A stretch of 64,000 nucleotides of DNA, taken from a virus. The DNA is taken from the IMG/VR virus record IMGVR_UViG_3300033068_002024, positions 580-64,579 of that record; one strand, written 5' to 3'. The notes beneath the pieces are model-generated. The model was not told the DNA's origin. It did no database searches and saw only the letters and a list, made by a program, of their open reading frames with translations. Position numbers and translations under genes: made by a program. This document shows positions 57,133-64,000 of this stretch, one piece after another (the first letter of the stretch is position 1; the number at the start of each line of letters is the position of its first letter).

Positions 57133-58758
57133 CTAGCTCCCAAACGAGGTCATACCCGGAGTAGTGTCGGGACCGGGCCAAGCCAAGCCAGAGTACGGAG
57201 GAGCCAAATTCGGACCGCTTACCTGAATAGGTCCTGCGCCAAAGAGCAAAATCAGTCGATACAAACGCGTTCCATAAGTGGATAAGTTCCAGTAGCCGGC
57301 CCCTTGCTGTGTGCCAGTGCTGGTGTCGTAGCCAGCCGATACTTTATCGACTGACTTTGAGCTTAAAATCCCAACGCTTTGACCGGGCACGCCTCCATTT
57401 TTAGCTTCCATAACTGCTCGCCTTTCAAGCACAAGGTTATGGGCAACATAGAGTGCAACCGCCATTTGCCATTGTTTACCCCACCGGCATTCTGGAAGCA
57501 TGCCGGTGGCAAACTCATGCCAAAATTCAACTACTGGCGTCGGGTAGAAAGCAGTGCTTGCAAATTCTGGGAAAACGCCTCTGAACCAAGTAATCCATAC
57601 TTGGTTGCTTGGATTTGTCGGAGTAGGGATGGGCGCCGGACCAGTTGAAACAACTCCGGTGGAAATCGTTGTATCTGGCAATTCTTCGGCAGCATTGCCA
57701 GACCCAGTGATTGTAACGCCGCCTGATACAACCCCGCTTCCAGCAGTAACGTCTTGCCAAACTTCTTGAGCATTTCCAGAACCCGCTATGTCAACAATGC
57801 CCGCGCCAGCCGCAGTGTCGGGTACGGTTTCAATGATTGCTCCGATCCCAGCAATAGGAACGGTGCCGGAGCCAGCTGCTGTATCCGGGCCTGCTTCAAC
57901 CGCCGAGCCAGAACCCGGAAGAAAAGTGGTGCCGGTTGCGCTAGCGGTATCCTGTCCTTCAATGGCTGCGCCGGTGCCGCTGCTAGAAACAGTACCGCTA
58001 CCACTTGCTGTTCCCGGACCGGGCTCAACTGCCGAACCAATACCCGTAGCAACAGGCGTGCCGCTGCTTGAGGCCGAATCTCCAGCGGGTTCAATAGCAG
58101 CGCCAGTGCCTGCGATAAGCACGCTACCAGATCCGCTTACAGTGTCTGGGCCGGATTCGGTGGTGGCTCCAGAACCTGCGATACCAATTGTGCCGCTACC
58201 AGCGGCGGTGCCCGGACCAGATTCAGTTGTAGCACCGGAACCGATGCTAATCAAGCTACCGGATGAAGAAACGGTATCTGGGCCGCCTTCTGTAGTTGCA
58301 CCAGAACCTGGAATGGTTGCGTTCGCGCCGCTCGTGCTGAAAGTTCCAGTTAGCCAAATGGTACTATTGTAATACATGTATGGCAAGTTAGTGGATTGCC
58401 CAGACCCGGCCATGTTAGAAATTCGGCCGGTAGCATTCCCATTAACATCCAATTCCCATTGAATAGACTGGACGGTGGAATCGGCAGGGTCTATATACGA
58501 AGTTGGCAAAAGCCAGCGGTCGGTAGCTAAAGAGGTGCCAGTAAGCTGAATGCCCAAGGAATCTGTGCTAAACCGAATAATGGTGGCAGGATTAACCCCA
58601 TACATCCGCATGTTGTTGGTGGGGCTATAGAACCCATTTGCAGCAGCAGAATCGCCACTTGCTTCCGTGGTCGCACCTGCCCCTACCGGTCCCGGTGTGC
58701 CAAAGTCAATTAGTTGTCCTCCAAAAAGGACCTGTGACCCACCAAAAGTAACCAGCAT
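57133..58758 (-). CDS. Head-tail adaptor (DUF4054-like C-terminus) with a long repeat-containing N-terminal extension
   Basis: C-terminal FR..FPEF...LYVAH...SSKSVDKVS.GYD...WNLSTYG; ten tandem ~22-aa repeats. Confidence 0.85.
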   Translation of the reverse strand: MLVTFGGSQVLFGGQLIDFGTPGPVGAGATTEASGDSAAANGFYSPTNNMRMYGVNPATIIRFSTDSLGIQLTGTSLATDRWLLPTSYIDPADSTVQSIQWELDVNGNATGRISNMAGSGQSTNLPYMYYNSTIWLTGTFSTSGANATIPGSGATTEGGPDTVSSSGSLISIGSGATTESGPGTAAGSGTIGIAGSGATTESGPDTVSGSGSVLIAGTGAAIEPAGDSASSSGTPVATGIGSAVEPGPGTASGSGTVSSSGTGAAIEGQDTASATGTTFLPGSGSAVEAGPDTAAGSGTVPIAGIGAIIETVPDTAAGAGIVDIAGSGNAQEVWQDVTAGSGVVSGGVTITGSGNAAEELPDTTISTGVVSTGPAPIPTPTNPSNQVWITWFRGVFPEFASTAFYPTPVVEFWHEFATGMLPECRWGKQWQMAVALYVAHNLVLERRAVMEAKNGGVPGQSVGILSSKSVDKVSAGYDTSTGTQQGAGYWNLSTYGTRLYRLILLFGAGPIQVSGPNLAPPYSGLAWPGPDTTPGMTSFGS

Positions 58759-59210
58759 TGGTTATACCTTATGCTGCGACAATAGAGTTGTCGTAAAAAG
58801 TCCGCCAATTAGTGCCATCGGCCCATACTGGGCAGCCTGTGCCCGCCCCTAAGCCCTGACCAGAACGGCGGCCGTCTGTTGCGTAGGCAATCCGGAAAGC
58901 GGCCTTGGACACGCTGGCAAGCGCTGCCACCGTGCCGCTACCGGCATAAATCAAAGCTAGAATACCGGCAGGCGTTGCCGATTTTGCAACTCCGCCATCA
59001 CCAATGGCCAGAAACTCATTCCCAACCAAAGGCGATTTAATCGTTAGCGCGGAAACATCGGTGGAGGTTGGCGATGCTACCGTGCCTGATCCAGACGCTG
59101 TTCCGGGGCCAGCCTCAGTCGTTGCTCCAGAGCCAAAAGTTGGTACCAATCCAGATCCGCTTACAGTGTCTGGGCCGGATTCGGTGGTGGCTCCAGAACC
59201 TGCGATACCA
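58127..59210. repeat. Exact 60-bp direct repeat (58127-58186 and 59151-59210)
   Basis: ccagatccgcttacagtgtctgggccggattcggtggtggctccagaacctgcgatacca occurs in both genes. Confidence 0.9.
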
Positions 59211-59785
59211 TCCGCAGCTTCGTTGAAATCCAGCTGTGCGATTTTAGCGTAACCCAGATCCGGAGTGTACTCTCCAAAAGCCGGGGAAAGGCTTGCTTCT
59301 GCTGCATAAAGTAAATCGGGGGAAGCACCGACTGCCGGGATATTAATCCCGTTGATATAGAGTAAGATTGCACCGGTAGTTTTGTAATACCAAACTTCAA
59401 CCTGATCAGTTGCAACCAGAGTAGTTGCTAGCGTGGCTGTACCGCGCGGGGTCATTACCTCTGCGGCTGTTTCGGATTTGAATTGGACGCTAGTACCCTG
59501 AATGTGAACTCCAACAATGCAGTTGGCATTCGCTCCGGTTCTAACGCCGAAAATAATTTGAAGGAGATCATCTGGGCCAGCGTCTTGGCCAAGCGTGATT
59601 TTAGATTTTAAAATGTTTTGAGTGTAGGTGGCATTATGGGCGCAAAGAAAGCCCGTGGCGGATCCAATAGTGTAAAGACCGGCTCCGTTAAGGTTGCGCA
59701 TTTGCCCAACAAGCATTACCAACCCAGCGGGCAACGCTGGAGATTCGGTTATTGCAGCGGCAGCATTGTAGCTAAAGCTAGTCAT
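58769..59785 (-). CDS. Putative neck/appendage protein with two GSGATTE repeats
   Basis: Shared repeat; C-terminal GTG.PVWADGTNW. Confidence 0.65.
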   Translation of the reverse strand: MTSFSYNAAAAITESPALPAGLVMLVGQMRNLNGAGLYTIGSATGFLCAHNATYTQNILKSKITLGQDAGPDDLLQIIFGVRTGANANCIVGVHIQGTSVQFKSETAAEVMTPRGTATLATTLVATDQVEVWYYKTTGAILLYINGINIPAVGASPDLLYAAEASLSPAFGEYTPDLGYAKIAQLDFNEAADGIAGSGATTESGPDTVSGSGLVPTFGSGATTEAGPGTASGSGTVASPTSTDVSALTIKSPLVGNEFLAIGDGGVAKSATPAGILALIYAGSGTVAALASVSKAAFRIAYATDGRRSGQGLGAGTGCPVWADGTNWRTFYDNSIVAA

Positions 59786-59796
59786 TTGTTAAAGCC

Positions 59797-61197
59797 TCAA
59801 ATTGGGCGGTATTCAACGAATGAGTTTCCAGCGCTATCGACAGCGCAAACCCAATCGCAATCTGTTGGCGCTCCAGCTTCGCTAGCGGGGTCCCAGAACC
59901 AATCTGCACCAGAGAAAGGTGCTATTGGTTTTAACATAAACTTCTTAGTAGCTGCTGCCAAAGTTGAAGCATTAATACGGCAAATGTGGCCGCCGTAAGT
60001 GTCTGTATAGACGCGGCTAATTGCATAATCAAATTCGCCCGGGTTTCCATCCAAATCAAGAGACGGGATAAACTGAACGAAAGATAAATCTTCATCCGCA
60101 GTTGTTTTAACCGGAACTGCGGTACGGTTATGCTGCACGTAACCGTTCGTTATCATTTTGCATAAGCCATTTGCGACCGCCGGGCTTATGGTATTTAATT
60201 TGTAATGAGTTTCCGTGCAGACCCAATTTGCAGTAGCGTCTATATCGGGTTGTGATCCCGGGGCCACTGGCGTGCCGCCATATCCAGTTGAATCTGGCGT
60301 AAGCCCTATGTGCTGCAACGCGGCATTTTGCCATTCAGCGTGAACAGAATTTTCGCCAACATTCTTCGGTGGATAAATATAAATCGACGGCATAAACTTA
60401 GCTTTTGTCGATGCGTAATCTTCAATTGGGCCAATATTCGTTCTAGTTCCAGCGCGGCAAAATTTAAGTTGACGGAACGGCTGCGAGGTTGATCCGTACA
60501 ATTTAAACCAAAAATAAATGTGCAATTGTTGCGTGCCGCTTGGAGTATAAATTCCAATATGTGGAAATGCATTGTTAGCAACCTGCGGATCACAACGCAG
60601 GCTACCTCCACCAACTCCATCTAGCAAAGTTACTTTTTCTCCACCGCGATTAACCCAAGAAGTAAAGCCTGCTGCAGTTGGAGTGGCTCCTTCTGCAAGA
60701 CCTACAAACGGTTGAAAGAAATACGGTTCGGCGGTAGGTCGATCAACCATTCCAGTGGGGGTGATGCTATTTGCGGAAGCGCTTGCAGATGCAACGTTGC
60801 TATTTGTCGAACCCGCGCTATTAGCAACGGTAACATACAAATCGGCATTGCCACCTGAGCTAACCGCTAAATCGTAGAAGGTTGCATCTAATGCCAAAGC
60901 AACGGGAGCACTATAAGCCCCTGAGCCTGATGGAGTACGGTATCTCACCTGAAGTAAGGTTATTCCCCCGTTACCAGAGGGCCAATTCCAAGAAAAACGA
61001 ACTGAGGTATTTGTGATTCGGCTGCCGGTAACCACAGGGGCTATGGGCAATCCAAGGTTTCCTGATCCAGCCGCTGCGCCCGGGCCGGGTTCGACAGCTG
61101 CTCCTGATCCTGATCCTTGAGGAAATGAAGACCAGCCGCCGCCGAATCGTGGCAAAAGAATAGGATTCCATCCAGATCCTGCGGCGGTTACAGTCAT
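59797..61197 (-). CDS. Putative appendage protein: repeat, FN3-like domain and lectin/lyase-like domain
   Basis: TNTSVRFSW...VRYR...VTVANSAG (FN3-like); WV..E.HYKLNT...NG jelly-roll pattern. Confidence 0.6.
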   Translation of the reverse strand: MTVTAAGSGWNPILLPRFGGGWSSFPQGSGSGAAVEPGPGAAAGSGNLGLPIAPVVTGSRITNTSVRFSWNWPSGNGGITLLQVRYRTPSGSGAYSAPVALALDATFYDLAVSSGGNADLYVTVANSAGSTNSNVASASASANSITPTGMVDRPTAEPYFFQPFVGLAEGATPTAAGFTSWVNRGGEKVTLLDGVGGGSLRCDPQVANNAFPHIGIYTPSGTQQLHIYFWFKLYGSTSQPFRQLKFCRAGTRTNIGPIEDYASTKAKFMPSIYIYPPKNVGENSVHAEWQNAALQHIGLTPDSTGYGGTPVAPGSQPDIDATANWVCTETHYKLNTISPAVANGLCKMITNGYVQHNRTAVPVKTTADEDLSFVQFIPSLDLDGNPGEFDYAISRVYTDTYGGHICRINASTLAAATKKFMLKPIAPFSGADWFWDPASEAGAPTDCDWVCAVDSAGNSFVEYRPI

Positions 61198-61222
61198 GAT
61201 GACATCTCACTTCCGGGGTAAA

Positions 61223-61666
61223 TTAGTAGTGAGTGAAGGTCATGCTGTTGATGGTCACGGTCTGGCCGGAGCTGACCGAAGTGCTATTTAGGTTGATGTC
61301 GCTTCCCGATGTGCCCACAGTGAGGCCGGTAATGACGTCGGTGCCGGACGAATTCTTGACCGAGGCAGCAGCAGCGGTGCCGGAAGCCGAAGCGGTACAG
61401 GATTTCGGAAAGCCGCTGAGGGTCAATACCGAGCCGGACACGGTGCCCGCTGGGTTGTAGTTCAGGGTCAGGGTGCAGAGCGTGGTTGCCATACCAGAGG
61501 TGCCGATAACCAGCGAACCAGCAGCGCCGCCGCCATCCACTTGGGTAACAACGACTTGCATGCGGGCGGTTTTGGTAGCGGCGTTATAGACGGGTGCAGC
61601 CGAAGCCAGCGATACCAGCGCCAGCATCGACAAAGCAGTTGCAAAGCTACGGAACAGTTTGTTCAT
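61223..61666 (-). CDS. Putative virion beta-protein with an N-terminal signal peptide
   Basis: AGAGG RBS before MNKLFRSFATALSMLALVSLASA; the longer track ORF is an artefactual extension. Confidence 0.7.
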   Translation of the reverse strand: MNKLFRSFATALSMLALVSLASAAPVYNAATKTARMQVVVTQVDGGGAAGSLVIGTSGMATTLCTLTLNYNPAGTVSGSVLTLSGFPKSCTASASGTAAAASVKNSSGTDVITGLTVGTSGSDINLNSTSVSSGQTVTINSMTFTHY

Positions 61667-61749
61667 GATGAATCCTCTTTCAAGGTGGAAAATGATTAAA
61701 GCGCAGAGTTCACCACCTTGATTCCCCCGGCGCTTGGGTTTTTGGATTT

Positions 61750-62220
61750 TTAGTGCGGTCGATATTGGGTTACGCCTTGAGCCTTGACATACCAGTGCTC
61801 GGCGTAGTCCAGACGCATCTCTTGTATGCCTGCAACGATCTTGATTTCTACGCCTTGCTCCGGACGGAAATTGAAGCCTTTTGGCACCAGAACAGTTACT
61901 TCGGGCAGCTTTTCGCTTGCTTCTTGTAAAGCTGCAACCGGGGCATCGGCAACCGGGGCAGCTGGCGTTTCTGCCGCTCCATTGGCTTCGGTAGGCTTGG
62001 CAGCAGTTTCCGCAGTAGCCGCCTGTATAGGCGTGCCCACGCCTAAAATTTCGGGGGCAGCTGGCGCAGCCGGAGCTTGGGGTATGGCCGGAGGGGTTGG
62101 GATACCGGCTTCCGGAGCTTGCGGGGCAACTGCGGGAGGGGCAGCAGTCATTTCGGCAGGCATTTGCGTAGCCCACGGATTGGCTTGAGGTGGTGGCAAC
62201 CCAGAAGTATCTTCGCTCAT
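61750..62220 (-). CDS. Pro/Ala-rich protein downstream of the MCP
   Basis: C-terminal AEHWYVKA motif; GGAG RBS. Confidence 0.65.
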   Translation of the reverse strand: MSEDTSGLPPPQANPWATQMPAEMTAAPPAVAPQAPEAGIPTPPAIPQAPAAPAAPEILGVGTPIQAATAETAAKPTEANGAAETPAAPVADAPVAALQEASEKLPEVTVLVPKGFNFRPEQGVEIKIVAGIQEMRLDYAEHWYVKAQGVTQYRPH

Positions 62221-62260
62221 TTCTATTCTCCGCTATCGTTATGCAACGCCGATTTGATCG

Positions 62261-62289
62261 AAAAAGCCCTTGAGCAATCAAGGGCTTTT
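62261..62289 (-). terminator. Terminator after the major capsid gene
   Basis: AAAAAGCCCTTGA-gcaa-TCAAGGGCTTTT hairpin. Confidence 0.8.
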
Positions 62290-62308
62290 GCAACAAACTG
62301 GCTTTGTA

Positions 62309-63427
62309 TTACAGGCCGTCGAAGTAACCCAGCGTTTCCGGATAAACGACTTCCACTTCGCCGAGGCGGCAGTAGTAGGTTGTTTTGTGATAAATGCTGT
62401 CGTACTGGATCGGGGTGCGTTGGAGCAGGGTCATCGGGTAGCGCAGACGATCCTTTTCCTTGGTGTAAACGACCGCACGGTCGATCGAGTTCAGCTGGCC
62501 GAGCGTGCCGCCAACGCCGCCGCCGATCAGCCACTTGAGCGGCAGGATTTCCAGTTTGCCGCGACCCGAGGTGGTCAGCAGGTTATTGTCCTGGATGTAT
62601 TTCAGGATCGACACGTTGCCGGCCTGCGAAACTTTCTGGGTGCTGATATAGCCGAATTGAGCCGGCGGCAGCATCAGACGCGTTGGCATGACTGCCCATG
62701 CCGAAGCTTGCCACACGCTGGTCAGCATGAGGTTGACGTCGGCCAGAATCTCGTCGGCCGTTTTGGTCTGCCAGCGAGAGAAGCCGCTGACGCCGGCTGG
62801 CAGGTTGCCAACGTTGGTAACGCGAGCGCTGTTGATCATGCCGGTGGAGCCGGTGGACGAGTCGCCAACATAAACTTGCTCGTCGATATCCATCTGGTGC
62901 TTGAGTTGCAGACCTTCGTATTTTTGCGAATCGATGGGGCGACCCAGTTTGGCAGCGCTTTCCAGCTCGAGGATGGTGTACTTGATTTCCATACCCCAAG
63001 GGAGCAGTTGTTGCGGCACTTTCGCGATATCCGCGGAAACACCGGTTACTTGCGTGCTGTCCTTGCCGATCCATGCTTTGCCGGTGCCGATACCGTTGCC
63101 GGTGCCGAGTCCGCCAGCCGAAGCGAAGCTGGACAGCGTAAAGCTGGACACTTCATCGGCAATGGTGACATCTTCGCGGAGGTCGATATCTCGACCCCAC
63201 GTGACCGCTGCCAGCGGCGCGTGCAGCGTCATGTCCAGCCGCTCCAGTTCGCCAACCAGAAAAGCGCCGGTGCTGTCCACAGTGCGGCCATCGTGGGTCT
63301 TGAAGGCGTTGCCGAGTGGGCGGCCGTGCATGTTGCCGGCTGCGTCGATGGTACGATAAGCCGAATCGAAAGTCATATTGTCGCGAGTTTTGCGACGGAG
63401 GTGCGTTGGAAGAATCAGTGCGGACAT
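62309..63427 (-). CDS. Major capsid protein (DUF2184-like)
   Basis: GAFLVGELERLD, TWGRDIDLRE, GRPIDSQK, MDIDEQVYVGD, G.VEVVYPET. Confidence 0.9.
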   Translation of the reverse strand: MSALILPTHLRRKTRDNMTFDSAYRTIDAAGNMHGRPLGNAFKTHDGRTVDSTGAFLVGELERLDMTLHAPLAAVTWGRDIDLREDVTIADEVSSFTLSSFASAGGLGTGNGIGTGKAWIGKDSTQVTGVSADIAKVPQQLLPWGMEIKYTILELESAAKLGRPIDSQKYEGLQLKHQMDIDEQVYVGDSSTGSTGMINSARVTNVGNLPAGVSGFSRWQTKTADEILADVNLMLTSVWQASAWAVMPTRLMLPPAQFGYISTQKVSQAGNVSILKYIQDNNLLTTSGRGKLEILPLKWLIGGGVGGTLGQLNSIDRAVVYTKEKDRLRYPMTLLQRTPIQYDSIYHKTTYYCRLGEVEVVYPETLGYFDGL

Positions 63428-63475
63428 TTTTGTAATCCTCGAAAAGTTTCGGATTCGGTTACCGTTCAGTTGCTG

Positions 63476-64000
63476 TTAAACGTTGAAGCAGATTTCGACG
63501 TTGCCGTCGGCGTCTGGCGTTCCGTTGAAAGTTGCGTTTTTAACCGGGTTGGTGTTGCCTGCCGAAGCAGTTGCTTCGAAACCCGACTGGATGTGGGCGC
63601 CGCTGTTCGCAGTTGCCCAGACGTACACCGGATCGCCTTTTTTCGGGTTCTGACCGACCGGAAGCTTGGTCATGATATAGCCGGAGCGAAGGACGTCGGC
63701 GGTGCCGCGTGCAGCGGGAACAGCTGCGCCGAAATCAGCTTGGCCGAAATTCGAAGCGGACGATTGCTGGATCGGGTATGGACGTACCAGGATGCCATAA
63801 CCGATAGCAGTCGCATCGCTTTGATCGCCGGCAATGACCTTGCGCACGCCTTGGGAAGTGGCAATCATGACCAGATGGCCATATGCCAGCGGCGGGTTGG
63901 TGGTATCGATCAGCACCGGTTCGATGGACGCCGGATGGGTGCGATTGACATCGCCGGGGAAGCCCGCGCCCATGCGAAAGTTGTAAGCAACATCACGGGT
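63476..64000 (-). CDS. Head decoration/cement protein (true start may lie beyond the window)
   Basis: Frame is open to the window edge (TRDVAYNFRMGAGFPGDVNR); GILVRPYP, DVLRSGY, DADGNVEI. Confidence 0.8.
   Translation of the reverse strand, partial: TRDVAYNFRMGAGFPGDVNRTHPASIEPVLIDTTNPPLAYGHLVMIATSQGVRKVIAGDQSDATAIGYGILVRPYPIQQSSASNFGQADFGAAVPAARGTADVLRSGYIMTKLPVGQNPKKGDPVYVWATANSGAHIQSGFEATASAGNTNPVKNATFNGTPDADGNVEICFNV

Noticed and set aside
61667-62296. N-terminal 210 aa of the 357-aa track ORF
   Set aside because: Out-of-frame overlap with 61750..62220; the real start with RBS is at 61666.

Overview
The window is almost the whole genome of a tailed dsDNA phage, apparently strictly lytic (no integrase seen), with a contractile tail and a Gram-negative host (spanin pair present). 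It looks circularly permuted: the DUF2213 protease/scaffold gene runs off the left end and the next head gene enters at the right end. Minus strand 1-7.7 kb: packaging and head genes, including a stand-alone ADP-ribosyltransferase. Mostly minus strand 7.9-24.4 kb: nucleotide metabolism (ThyX, MazG-like, NADAR), tRNA-Pro with an upstream structured RNA, spanins, many small ORFs, VRR-NUC, a probable origin and a primase. Plus strand 24.5-43.7 kb: recombination/replication genes, five tandem paralogous HTH-like genes and a 7-deazaguanine DNA-modification cluster (queE, atypical queC, queD, PRTase-folE fusion, dpdA-like), then a beta-clamp-like gene, PolB and UvrD. Minus strand 43.8-64 kb: lysis, baseplate, tail, neck and capsid. 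Most notable: a shared HxH(xH) leader plus [KR]-[TAVS]-x-D motifs on head-region proteins, signal-peptide-bearing virion-type proteins with a repeat-linked neck appendage cluster, the unusual deazaguanine cluster, a structured ~290-nt RNA, and a stand-alone CapW/BrxR-like wHTH. All family assignments come from motif recognition by eye; no database searches were run.
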